DNA from: an uncultured bacterium
GTDB lineage: Bacteria > Babelota > Babeliae > Babelales > Vermiphilaceae
DNA length: 64,000 bases
Direction: 5' to 3'
Assembly: GCA_963702025.1 (NCBI GenBank)
Contig: OY969699.1
Location: forward strand, 704,001 to 768,000
Made by a program: the position numbers and the translations under genes. The notes below the pieces were generated by a model that did no database searches, was not told the origin of the DNA, and was given only the letters and a program-made list of their open reading frames with translations. Below, piece after piece: positions 18,941-28,923 of the stretch; position 1 is the stretch's first letter, and each line of letters starts with the position of its first letter.

Positions 18941-21112
18941 TTACATTATTCCGCAAGAAGATTGTTCATATGTTATCTGCTCGTTTCTTTTTTGGATTAT
19001 TTCTTCAATTGGCAAGAGTTCATTGAATTGCTTAATAACAATCTTGTGCGCTTTTACGCAATCTGAGGCCATAACCACGTGGCTCGCATCGAGAGCAAGT
19101 GCGTTGAGAGTGCGTTCTTTGCGGCCATACTGGGTTTGGGCCAAGTTATACCAAATGTTTTCACGCGCGGTTAAATTTTTTATTTGCTTATTTTTTTTAT
19201 CATCATATAAGAGCGCGCATTGATCCTCGAGCAACAAAAAATACTTATCATCGATTTTAGAAATTATGGATCCTTTAGAAATTTCAGCAGAATCAAGCAT
19301 ATTTTCGCAAATGCGTGTTGTGATGTTCCATATTTCAAAGGGCCCTTGTATTGATTGAAAGAGCATATGATTATCATCTAGCTTATAAAGATTCAAGCAT
19401 TTTTCCGGCGCCTTCTTTAAAATAGTTTTTGTGTTATCGGCAACATTGAGAAGGCCCAATGTATAACTATTCGGGTCATCCTGTGTGCAGGTGGCAACAA
19501 GGCTATTGCCCAAACAAGCAACTCTGCTCGCGGTAAAATCAGCTTCTCGCAACTCATTACGCTCAACATCCCAGATCATGCGCTTATTATCTAAAGAGAG
19601 CAGCACTTGGTTTTTATCCAGTGTTTGAATCTGAATTTTTGGTCTTCCTACTGAGTATGTTTTAGTTTTAATGCAGTTACCCGAATCGTCCCACTGTTTA
19701 AGATATACATTGTTATCCGGTTCCCAGAAACCGTTGCAGTATGATGCAGTGAAAATATGCCTTTTTTTAGGGTATACCGCCATGCTTTCTAATCTTTCGC
19801 GCAACCCCAGCCGCAATGTGGCCAGATGTTTGCCGGTGCTATCATAAATCTTTGGATTTTCATTTGCGGCATAAACTGCAAATTTAGTGTTATTAATTTT
19901 ATAAAGCGCCATGAGGGCTATAGGATTCATATATGGTTGAAATATGATCGGCGCATCTTCTTTGATCTTATTTTTGGCCAATAACTGAGAATTTAACATC
20001 ACTAACATATCCTGCATTTTGGGCTCTTTAAAAACTGAAAGAGCGTTAGCGGTTGCAATATATTCATCGATATTTTCAGCAATAAAATCGATGAGCTTTT
20101 GTGCCAATTCTTCTTGGCTTTTTTCAAAGAAATTATTTTTTTGAGCATCAGCGATCCATTCCAAATATAAGAGCGCATGTTCTTTTAAGCGATCCGCATC
20201 AGCAGCATTAAAGGGAGGTATATATTTATGAAAGTGATCGGAAATGAGGGCTATGGCTTCCGGTTTTTTTTGCAAGAGAACTTGAGTAAAAATATGGGCA
20301 ACTTCCGGCATCTGCCAAAGATCGGCAAGGGCGATTGTTTCAACGCAAAGATCTTTAAAATCTCCGGCCATTTGTGCCAAAGTTGGTTTAACTTTTGCAA
20401 TATCCTGGTTGTTTTTTATCTGATTGCGGTACATACATTCAATAACATGTTTTAGGAATTGTACCGTCGTGGTTGGATATATTGCCGGTAGGCGCACGAT
20501 GCGTTCCCGTGATTCTTTAAATGAAGAATTAAGCATGAGGGTAAAGTATGGGCATGCACACGCAACCTCTTCGGGAAGAATAAACGTCCGATCATTTGTT
20601 TGCAGCGCGCATAATTGTGCGTAACTCAGATCGATTTTTCCAAGCTTTTCAAACTCTTCTAATGAAAATTCCGGCCGTGTTTTATAGATATGCTGTGCAA
20701 CAGCTTTGGTGATTACCGGTAGCTGTAATTTGGTTGATTCGCGCATAAGAGCTACAGAATCAGCAACTGATATTTTTTCTTTATGGTTTTCTATTATGGT
20801 AGCTAAATCATTCCTTTGATGTTGAGCATCAATAAGATCTTTAAGCAGGCGCAAGGTGACTTCATTAAGATTTGTTCTGATGAATTTATTGCCGGCCAAT
20901 TCCTGATGCAGTTCCTGTGATTGTGAGCACTGAGTAACTGCTTCGGGTGAGATCCAAAAGCGGTGCCCATCATTGCTAATTAATGAAAGATATTCCTGCT
21001 TTTTCGCAGTTTGGAGTGCCAATTGATTGCTTTTTTCCATCGCTTGCGCGGGTAATACTGCTAGGGCAAGAAGGGGTAACAGATACTGTGTTTTTTTCCA
21101 AATAAACTTCAT
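18941..21112 (-). CDS. Exported tandem BTB/Skp1-like + beta-propeller protein with CaaX (CGIM)
   Basis: Paralog of 16644; LISNDGHRFWI; CPYFTLMLNSSFKESRERIVRL; ends SSCGIM*. Confidence 0.78.
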   Translation of the reverse strand: MKFIWKKTQYLLPLLALAVLPAQAMEKSNQLALQTAKKQEYLSLISNDGHRFWISPEAVTQCSQSQELHQELAGNKFIRTNLNEVTLRLLKDLIDAQHQRNDLATIIENHKEKISVADSVALMRESTKLQLPVITKAVAQHIYKTRPEFSLEEFEKLGKIDLSYAQLCALQTNDRTFILPEEVACACPYFTLMLNSSFKESRERIVRLPAIYPTTTVQFLKHVIECMYRNQIKNNQDIAKVKPTLAQMAGDFKDLCVETIALADLWQMPEVAHIFTQVLLQKKPEAIALISDHFHKYIPPFNAADADRLKEHALLYLEWIADAQKNNFFEKSQEELAQKLIDFIAENIDEYIATANALSVFKEPKMQDMLVMLNSQLLAKNKIKEDAPIIFQPYMNPIALMALYKINNTKFAVYAANENPKIYDSTGKHLATLRLGLRERLESMAVYPKKRHIFTASYCNGFWEPDNNVYLKQWDDSGNCIKTKTYSVGRPKIQIQTLDKNQVLLSLDNKRMIWDVERNELREADFTASRVACLGNSLVATCTQDDPNSYTLGLLNVADNTKTILKKAPEKCLNLYKLDDNHMLFQSIQGPFEIWNITTRICENMLDSAEISKGSIISKIDDKYFLLLEDQCALLYDDKKNKQIKNLTARENIWYNLAQTQYGRKERTLNALALDASHVVMASDCVKAHKIVIKQFNELLPIEEIIQKRNEQITYEQSSCGIM

Positions 21113-21320
21113 AATAACCTCTATTTTTGTATTTTTAACCAATAAACTGTTCTCAAAGAGGGGACAAAAATAGCTTAAAAGCTAATAATAATCCCACAAT
21201 TCAATATTTATAATAGCAATTGTTAAGGAAAAGTAAAGGGGAGGCTCATAGCCAAATAATGGCTTAGTTTAACCTATAATCACCTAAAAATGTTACAAAT
21301 AGAAAACATATAAGATTTGC

Positions 21321-21348
21321 TTGCTAAATAATGAAAAATTGCTATTAT
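21321..21348 (+). promoter_or_regulatory. Sigma70-like promoter
   Basis: TTGCTA-16 nt-TATTAT with TG extended -10. Confidence 0.45.
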
Positions 21349-21390
21349 GAAATATGTGAAGGTGAAAAGAGCTGTCAATTTGGAGGTTAT

Positions 21391-22377
21391 ATGAATTTAG
21401 AAATCATTTCGGGTGCTCTTGCCGCTCTTTGTGTGGTAACTGCGTGGAGCATGCAAAAATCTGATGTTTTTATGGGAAAAAGTTCTCAAAACGCGCCTAC
21501 TCAAGCTAGCAAAAAAATAGCAGTATTAACATTTAAAAGGTCGGCAGAACTATGTATTGATAAGCAATACCTGGAATCGCTCTTTACGCGTGAGGGTCTG
21601 ATATACCAAGAGGTTATTTGGGATACGCCCGGCGCAGATTGGCATCAATACGATGCCGTAATTATTCGTTCGGCATGCGATTATTTTGACGGCAAATATG
21701 AGCAATTTATTAATACTCTTCAATATATTGAAAAGCTTGGCATTCCGCTTTACAATCCGTTAGACACTGTACGTTGGAATAGCAAAAAAACATATTTGAG
21801 CGATTTAAAAGAACGAGGCATTAATGTTATTGAAACAATTTTTGGTAATTCATCGCAGATAAAAAACCTTGCAGAAATAATGAAAGAAAATAACTGGCAA
21901 GCATGTGTTGTTAAGCCTGTAATTTCAGCTGCTGCGTATAAAACTTTTTTTATTAAACTAAACGATGCTCAAGAATTCGATTTTTCCGCCCATTTCTCTC
22001 CCAATGAGCTTTTTCTTATTCAACCCTTTGCTCAAGAAATAATTGATGAAGGAGAATGGTCGTTTATCTTCTTTGATAAAAAATTTTCTCATGCAATGTT
22101 GAGCAAACCAAAACAGGGGGATTTTCGTGTGCAGTTTTTTCATGGCGGCCGTTTGCTGCCAGTAAAGCCCGAACCTTGGATGGTTCAAGAAGCGCAAAGA
22201 ATTTTGCAAGCCGCACCATTTGAAAAGATTCTCTATGCCCGGGTTGATGCAATCAAAAGAGACAATAAGCTTTTTGTTATGGAGCTCGAAATGATTGAGC
22301 CATACCTTTATTTTGATTATTATCCTGATTCAGCAAAAACATTTGTTAAAACCATTAAGCAGTATCTTGCTTATTAA
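21391..22377 (+). CDS. ATP-grasp ligase (glutathione synthetase/RimK/DcsG-like) with signal peptide
   Basis: IIRSACDY, WNSKKTYL, VVKPVISAAA, GEWS, YARVD, MELEMIEP; GGAGG RBS before 21391. Confidence 0.85.
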   Translation: MNLEIISGALAALCVVTAWSMQKSDVFMGKSSQNAPTQASKKIAVLTFKRSAELCIDKQYLESLFTREGLIYQEVIWDTPGADWHQYDAVIIRSACDYFDGKYEQFINTLQYIEKLGIPLYNPLDTVRWNSKKTYLSDLKERGINVIETIFGNSSQIKNLAEIMKENNWQACVVKPVISAAAYKTFFIKLNDAQEFDFSAHFSPNELFLIQPFAQEIIDEGEWSFIFFDKKFSHAMLSKPKQGDFRVQFFHGGRLLPVKPEPWMVQEAQRILQAAPFEKILYARVDAIKRDNKLFVMELEMIEPYLYFDYYPDSAKTFVKTIKQYLAY

Positions 22378-22391
22378 TTTTGGAGGTTTAT

Positions 22392-24242
22392 ATGAAATTG
22401 TTCAATTATTCAGTACTCGTCTTAGGCATGAGCATATGCGCAAATCTTTATCCCATGGAAAAACTTATGCCTCAAGATTCAGCACCAAATACCAATAAAA
22501 TCCCCTCGCTCAAATTTTTAACGGCTCATGCAATAGCGCAAGCCTATAAGCCTGCTCACATAAAAAAATCAAAACTGCCCAAAGATTTAAAAGAATATGC
22601 TCTTACCATCGAGCCGCATGATGAACCGCTGAGCCGCCAACTTGCGCAAGATATTCTTATTGAAGCGGTAAGAAAAGATCAATTAAATGAAGATCTTTTT
22701 AATGATCTTTGTTCAATCAATCCTGATCTTGATGTTAATGCTGCTGATGATTTTGGACCTGCCATGCTCCATGCGGCAAAGGCGCAAAATTATAATGCAA
22801 TCTATTTTTTAATGAATCGTGGCGCACGGATTGATGTAGCAACAAAAGATGAAAGGCAAGATACTCTTTTGACTCTTTTGATTAGAAAACTTTCTAAGGA
22901 TCAAAATAAAGCGCAAGAAAATATTATACAGTTTATCCTTAGTCAAGAGAGCAACCTCGTTAATACAGCTAATGCGAAAAATGAAACGCCGTTGATTTTA
23001 TCTAGTTATAGAAATAATTTACCAGTCATAAAAATCCTTCTTGCTCATTATGCGGTAGTTGATTGTATAGACGATCATGGAAATACGCCACTCAATGCGG
23101 CCATTCGGCTTGATAATTATAATCTGGTTACATTATTACTTTCCTATAAACCGAATTTAGAATTAAAACGGGAACATGGCAGTACCAGTACTGCATTTTG
23201 GGTTGCCATCGAACAACGGTCAAAGAATTATGAGATTATCTCCCTTTTAATAGAGGCCGGTGCCAATATTAATGTTCAAGACTATTCAGGAAGTGCGTTG
23301 GATTATGCGATTAACCATGATGAATTGGAGTTGGCAGAGTTTTTGCTTGAGAATGGTATTAATTCTGAAGCTCAGACAGACAATTCTTGGCGGGGATCCG
23401 GATTAACGTTCGCGGTTAAAGAAAAAAAACGACAATTCATAGATTTACTTATTAAACGCGGCGCAAAAAAAACTCCAAAAGTTTTGATGGCCGCTATAGA
23501 AAAAAATGATATACCATTACTTTCATTATTAGCAAAAAATAATCCTCATTTAGATGATAATGCGGAAAAAGACGAAAATCTTTTTGTTAAAGCGGTTAAA
23601 GAAAAAAAATGGGATGTCATGCAAATATTAAAAGGGGCCGGCGCCAATATTAATATTCAATCAAATTTTGGCTATTATCATACACGCTCTGCATTACATC
23701 GTGCTGTGTTGGAAGACCAAAATGATCTACTGTTATTTTTACTTAAATTGGGGTGCGATACAAAAGCAACTGATGCTGATCATCAGCAAACACCCTTACA
23801 TCTGGCAGTTGGTCGCAATAATTTAACTGCTGTTCAACTATTAATTAATTTCGGTGCAGACGCGAATGCAAAAGTTAAAGATGATACTGCGTTAGATATT
23901 GCATTGCAAAAGCATGATTTTAATATGGATATCATTAATCTGCTCATGCCAAAAACAGATACTATTTCCAGTGAAGTTTATCATATGTATACATTCTTGC
24001 GCTATTTAATGAGCACTGATAATGAAAAACTTTTAGAGCAACTTTTGGCAAAAGGACTATATAAAAAATGTGAAGAACGTTTACATTGGAAGAATAGTCT
24101 CTTGAATGAAGAATCGGCAAAGCCGGCAATGAGAAAATTGTTACTCAATTATCGGCCGCAAGAATATTACGCGACGCCGTGGTATCAGCGCGCAGTGAGC
24201 GCCTTGCTGCAAAAGAATATGAATCAAAGCGAAGAAGAATAA
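22392..24242 (+). CDS. Exported multi-ankyrin protein with N-terminal SOCS-box-like motif
   Basis: Signal + ME; IPSLKFLTAHAI...LPKDLKEYAL; more than 10 ankyrin repeats (TPLHLAV etc.). Confidence 0.9.
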   Translation: MKLFNYSVLVLGMSICANLYPMEKLMPQDSAPNTNKIPSLKFLTAHAIAQAYKPAHIKKSKLPKDLKEYALTIEPHDEPLSRQLAQDILIEAVRKDQLNEDLFNDLCSINPDLDVNAADDFGPAMLHAAKAQNYNAIYFLMNRGARIDVATKDERQDTLLTLLIRKLSKDQNKAQENIIQFILSQESNLVNTANAKNETPLILSSYRNNLPVIKILLAHYAVVDCIDDHGNTPLNAAIRLDNYNLVTLLLSYKPNLELKREHGSTSTAFWVAIEQRSKNYEIISLLIEAGANINVQDYSGSALDYAINHDELELAEFLLENGINSEAQTDNSWRGSGLTFAVKEKKRQFIDLLIKRGAKKTPKVLMAAIEKNDIPLLSLLAKNNPHLDDNAEKDENLFVKAVKEKKWDVMQILKGAGANINIQSNFGYYHTRSALHRAVLEDQNDLLLFLLKLGCDTKATDADHQQTPLHLAVGRNNLTAVQLLINFGADANAKVKDDTALDIALQKHDFNMDIINLLMPKTDTISSEVYHMYTFLRYLMSTDNEKLLEQLLAKGLYKKCEERLHWKNSLLNEESAKPAMRKLLLNYRPQEYYATPWYQRAVSALLQKNMNQSEEE

Positions 24243-24255
24243 TTTGGAGATTATT

Positions 24256-26010
24256 ATGAAATTTAACTATTCACTTATTGTTGCATCACTTTTCTCACTT
24301 TCATTGCTTAACGGCATGGAGATGGTAAAGCAGATTTCTGCGCAGCAGCAGATCTATAAACTTATCAGCGCTGACATGCATGAAATGGTGATTAATGAAA
24401 AATTGCTGAACCTTTCAGAACCGCTCAAAGCAATGTTCACCGGTGGTTTAAAAGAGGCGCAAGAAAAGAAGGCTTTTATACCTCTCACTGCGCCGGAGCT
24501 TGAATTATTGCTCGGCATGATGTACCACGTAACGTGTATTCAAGATGAAAAAACATTGGAAAAAGCGTTAATCGCCTGTATAGCATCAGCAGATACCACT
24601 AATCTGTTTGAGGTATTAGATGCGGCGCAAGAATGGCAGTTGCCGGAGAGTATTCAACGTTGTTTAGGTTCGTATATCCTCAATGAAATTTTATTGGATC
24701 AAGAGCAGCTTGCGCAATTCAAAAAAACTATCTCTCTTGATGATCAGTTGAAATTATTACAGCAATTGCCGCTCAATCTAAAAAATTATATGCCGGCTTT
24801 GCAATTATTTGATTCTATTGGTCTAAAAAATTTGGGAAAGGACATATCAGATTATTTTGGTGTTTTAGGGAAATTAAGCGCAACTTTTAAGGCAAATATT
24901 CAGTTTCTTCTTTTACGGTATAAGCCGATTGAACTTGCCAAACTTTTGGAGCAATCAAATATAAATTTTGAGCATGTTTTGAAAGATGATATTTATTTCA
25001 AGGAAAATAGAGTCAAAACTATATGGAGCTATATGCCCGCGTTTGGAGAAAATTATTATCCTACTGCTCTCGCTATGCTTGATAATGGTACCATAGTAGC
25101 CGGCTATAAATATGGGATGATTGCCGTTCGGGACCGTTTTGGTAATGAAATAAGTAGATTTTTTACTCCGGAGCGGACCTGTGTTGCAAAAATTATTCAA
25201 CTTGATGCTCAGCATATCGGTGTTTGGGCTGATGATGGAAAATTGCACATTTTTGATTGGAAAACGAGCCAACAAAAATCAAAGATTCCGGGCTATAAAA
25301 ATAAGATCCATACGCTGTGCAGAACCCTGGGTGAACAGCATAAAATATTTATTTGGGATATATCATCCGGCTTAAGCATACAAGAAATTAATGATCCTCG
25401 AATGAATTGTGATTCGGAGTTGATAGTTCTTAATTATTCAGAATATATCACTGCTGATGGCGAAAAAATTCATTTATGGAAAAATAATAGAATAGATCAA
25501 GTAATTCCGGCGCCCCATTATTGGGGCTGCCACATTTATGCTTTGGCACATCACCAGGGTAAAATTGCTACCGGTTGCGCGAACGGCACTATTTATATTC
25601 GCAGTCTGGCCGAGCCCAAAAAGATAACACATACCTTTCATCACAAAGAAGGCAAAAGTATATTTTGTCTCACCTTCCTTAATGAGCGGTATTTAGCCTC
25701 ATGCGGTGAAGATAAAATGGTACGCATTTGGGATTTAAAAGAAAATAAAGAATTACTAAACCTTAAGGTGGGTTATTCCTATTGTATATGGGCAAAGCAA
25801 TCCAAATTAATTTTAGGATGTAGCGATGGCCAGATAAAAGAATTATTTATTCCCCAACTGGCAAGCGTGCAGGAATTGCTTGAAGAATTAGACCGCAATT
25901 CACCGCTCAACTGTTTGCGCATGCCGGATCAAATGATTCGGATAGGCATTATGAGCAAATGCCTCAAGAGGCTTGATGTGCAAAAATTAATTACGGCATT
26001 AAAAAAATAA
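24256..26010 (+). CDS. Exported BTB/Skp1-like + WD40 protein; may extend to 26116 via frameshift
   Basis: Signal + ME; LISAD...SEPLKAMFTGGLKEAQ; LASCGEDKMVRIWD. Confidence 0.85.
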   Translation: MKFNYSLIVASLFSLSLLNGMEMVKQISAQQQIYKLISADMHEMVINEKLLNLSEPLKAMFTGGLKEAQEKKAFIPLTAPELELLLGMMYHVTCIQDEKTLEKALIACIASADTTNLFEVLDAAQEWQLPESIQRCLGSYILNEILLDQEQLAQFKKTISLDDQLKLLQQLPLNLKNYMPALQLFDSIGLKNLGKDISDYFGVLGKLSATFKANIQFLLLRYKPIELAKLLEQSNINFEHVLKDDIYFKENRVKTIWSYMPAFGENYYPTALAMLDNGTIVAGYKYGMIAVRDRFGNEISRFFTPERTCVAKIIQLDAQHIGVWADDGKLHIFDWKTSQQKSKIPGYKNKIHTLCRTLGEQHKIFIWDISSGLSIQEINDPRMNCDSELIVLNYSEYITADGEKIHLWKNNRIDQVIPAPHYWGCHIYALAHHQGKIATGCANGTIYIRSLAEPKKITHTFHHKEGKSIFCLTFLNERYLASCGEDKMVRIWDLKENKELLNLKVGYSYCIWAKQSKLILGCSDGQIKELFIPQLASVQELLEELDRNSPLNCLRMPDQMIRIGIMSKCLKRLDVQKLITALKK

Positions 26011-26130
26011 CAACAAACATTCATTAGTGAAAAAGGTTCTTGATCTTCAGCGCTATGATGATTATCCGTTAGCCAAAGCCAAACCAAAAGATGATGATTA
26101 TTGCCGCGTGCAATAAAGTTTTATGCTTAT

Positions 26131-27687
26131 TTATGTAATGTAATGAGTATTATTTACCCCTTTCCTTTTTATTTTCTCATTCATAATTGAACCCACCGTT
26201 TCGAACATTGATGCATAATTCCCGAATTTTTTTGTTGCATGAGAAATCCAATCTGCTGTATTTTTTTCTTCGCGGTTTTGCATCTCGACTGCTTTTTTGT
26301 GCCATTTGGTGAGTTTATTGAGAATGACGCCGGTTGCGGGTAAAAATTCTTCATGTTCAAGCGGCAACGCATTAAAAAGATCGAATAATCTATCTTCATT
26401 CCGTTTCACGCAATAGCTGAGGGGATTTTCTATTTGGGTGCCATTGAATACCGAGGCACCATTATCAATCAGAAATGAAATAAAGGCCGATGGGGCGTTA
26501 AGCTTGAGCGCGGTTAGTAGGAGAGTGCTCCCATCAGATGAAATTTTGTTAATGTCGGCGCCGAGTGCGAGCAACCGTAGGATAATTTCTTTCTCTTGGT
26601 CGTCGCCATCATAGCGGTCACAGGAATTATAAAGTAAGTCATTTTTGTTTACATCAATATCATCATGTTTTTTTGCTGCTTTTAATAATATTTTTGTAGT
26701 GGTAAATTCTCCTCTGCGAATACTGGTACGAAGCGCTTCTTCAATATCTTTTGATTCAATGCTTTCATTATTTGCCAGGATAGCCAAAATTTCAGAATAA
26801 TTTCCTGCCAATGCCTCAAAAAATAATGACTGCATATCTTGCGCGCCGCAATAGGGTAAAATTAATCTAATAATTTCAGATTCGCTGGGGTACAGCTTTT
26901 GGGCCCAACGCTCAAAATAACGCTGCATATATCGTTGAATAGTTTCTTTAAGCAGAGTTTTATTAATGATGGCCGGGCATTGTATGCATTCTTCAATCAC
27001 CGCACAATCTTCTTCCATGAGTGCCACGCGAAAAAGAGATTGTTTGCAATCTTTTATGGTTTCCCATAATTTTTTGTAATCTGCTGCATCTACCGGATCA
27101 GAATCATCTGCAGTCATCATATTAAATTCATGCTCAAGCGCAACAACTTTTCCTTTAAGCCGTGAGACTTCATACTCGGCTTGCGTTTTGAGGCAAAAAG
27201 GTTTTTGATTCTCGGAGTTGCACCCTTCACTTTCTGTGATGATTTTGTCAAAAAGTTCCAATGCGAATCTATTTTTATCGAGGTGTGGTTTTTCTTCAAC
27301 AATGCGTAATTGTGTTGAAATGGGTGAATGGGATCGGGTTGATGGCGTACTGATTCCTGATCGAGGACCATTGTTTTTTTCAGAACAGGGACCCGCATGA
27401 TGCCAAATCTTTTCCATATCACCAAATTGCGCATCATTTGCTTTGTTTTTCAGATAAAAGTCAACTGCTTTTGCTTCATCACTTTTTGCGTGAGATTCAG
27501 TACCGTGATGAGGAAGTAGTCCGGCATAATCATACTCCAGTAATGATGAATCAGAAGTATCACTTGAGCGACTTTCGGGGACAATTTCATGTAGTAACGG
27601 CTCAAGTTCAATTTTTAAGAGATTATCTTCTGTTTCCATTGCAACGAGTGAGCTACAAAAAAGTAATGTGATGGCTATCGATTTCAT
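26131..27687 (-). CDS. Exported protein with C-terminal ankyrin-like repeats
   Basis: Signal + ME; LLALGADIN...GSTLLLTAL...LIDNGA. Confidence 0.8.
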   Translation of the reverse strand: MKSIAITLLFCSSLVAMETEDNLLKIELEPLLHEIVPESRSSDTSDSSLLEYDYAGLLPHHGTESHAKSDEAKAVDFYLKNKANDAQFGDMEKIWHHAGPCSEKNNGPRSGISTPSTRSHSPISTQLRIVEEKPHLDKNRFALELFDKIITESEGCNSENQKPFCLKTQAEYEVSRLKGKVVALEHEFNMMTADDSDPVDAADYKKLWETIKDCKQSLFRVALMEEDCAVIEECIQCPAIINKTLLKETIQRYMQRYFERWAQKLYPSESEIIRLILPYCGAQDMQSLFFEALAGNYSEILAILANNESIESKDIEEALRTSIRRGEFTTTKILLKAAKKHDDIDVNKNDLLYNSCDRYDGDDQEKEIILRLLALGADINKISSDGSTLLLTALKLNAPSAFISFLIDNGASVFNGTQIENPLSYCVKRNEDRLFDLFNALPLEHEEFLPATGVILNKLTKWHKKAVEMQNREEKNTADWISHATKKFGNYASMFETVGSIMNEKIKRKGVNNTHYIT

Positions 27688-27729
27688 TTTTTCTCCTTTA
27701 GCTGATTGAGGAGTAGCTTAATACCATCT

Positions 27730-28818
27730 TTATTTTGGTGCAAGTTCTTGCATCAAAAAATATTTTGATTTTTTTTGCGCGGCATAATAGGGCAACGTGT
27801 GTAAGATTTCCGGCGGTAATCGTGAAAGTTTATTGCCTTGTTTGATGGTGCTTAATAAACGGCGGGTGCGATAATAAGAAAAAAGTGTACGGTGCGCTTC
27901 TTGAAGTGCTTCTATTTGCTTGAGGTCATCTATGGTATGAAAAAGATTACAAATACCATCCAACGCTAGCAAATTTTTCTTATAATAGATTTTTATATCA
28001 TCAAGTGTTTTGTAGTAGAAAAATATGCTTGCATTTGAGATGAGTTTTTCGGGCGGTGTTTTTGCAATAAGTAACAGTTTCTCAAGGAGTCTCTCAATAT
28101 AACTAGAGATTGTATTGTTATGCAGCTGTCCATTGATTATATCGTTAATTGTTACTATTCTTACCATCCGGTTTTCGCGATTGTGCGCGAGAGCCACTTG
28201 TACCTCTTCCTGGGTGATGTCTGCTGATCTGAGTAATGCTCGAATAGCATCGCTATTGGCACAAACTTGATGCCACGCAAGCAGCGGTTTGTGATAGTAC
28301 GGGCTTTTTGTCCGAGCGCCGTTATCAATTAAAAGTTCGATTGCTTCTGGTGAAAGAGATTCTACTAATTCATGCAGAGGCGTATGTCCGTAATAATTTT
28401 TTGCATTGGGATCGGCACCGGCCCGCAATAAAAGTGAAATTAAATTAATCTTTCGAGCGGGTATTATATTTTTTTCATTTGGTGTGTTGGAACATGCAAA
28501 ATGTAATGGTGTTCTTTGTGATGGTGCGGTGACGCTTACAGTATTGGGATCAATATTTATTTGTTGCGCCAAATATTCAGCAGCATCGATACTGCCCCAA
28601 TAGCAGGCAAGAAAGAGTGCCGTTTCCCCATTCTCATCAGGTGCATTGAGCAAATTGATGTCTTCTTCTAGGCATTTTTTAACTATTTCTACATTATTTT
28701 TTTGTGCGGCCGTTACATATTTTACTAGAAGTTCCGGATCCGGTTGATATTTTTTTGGCTTTTCCATGCCGGTTGCATTAAAAATGAGAATCGCGGCACA
28801 TAACAATAATTTTTTCAT
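27730..28818 (-). CDS. Exported ankyrin protein with C-terminal F-box-like motif
   Basis: Signal + ME; TALFLAC, TPLHFAC, TPLHEL; LSRLPPEILHTL near the C-terminus. Confidence 0.85.
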   Translation of the reverse strand: MKKLLLCAAILIFNATGMEKPKKYQPDPELLVKYVTAAQKNNVEIVKKCLEEDINLLNAPDENGETALFLACYWGSIDAAEYLAQQINIDPNTVSVTAPSQRTPLHFACSNTPNEKNIIPARKINLISLLLRAGADPNAKNYYGHTPLHELVESLSPEAIELLIDNGARTKSPYYHKPLLAWHQVCANSDAIRALLRSADITQEEVQVALAHNRENRMVRIVTINDIINGQLHNNTISSYIERLLEKLLLIAKTPPEKLISNASIFFYYKTLDDIKIYYKKNLLALDGICNLFHTIDDLKQIEALQEAHRTLFSYYRTRRLLSTIKQGNKLSRLPPEILHTLPYYAAQKKSKYFLMQELAPK

Positions 28819-28923
28819 ATGATTTTTATATCTCTATTTTTGCAGTTTCACTCAATGCTTGCGCATCAACACAATATTTTGATCTTTCTCTTTATCTTAC
28901 CGCACTTTTCTTAGCTTGAAAAA

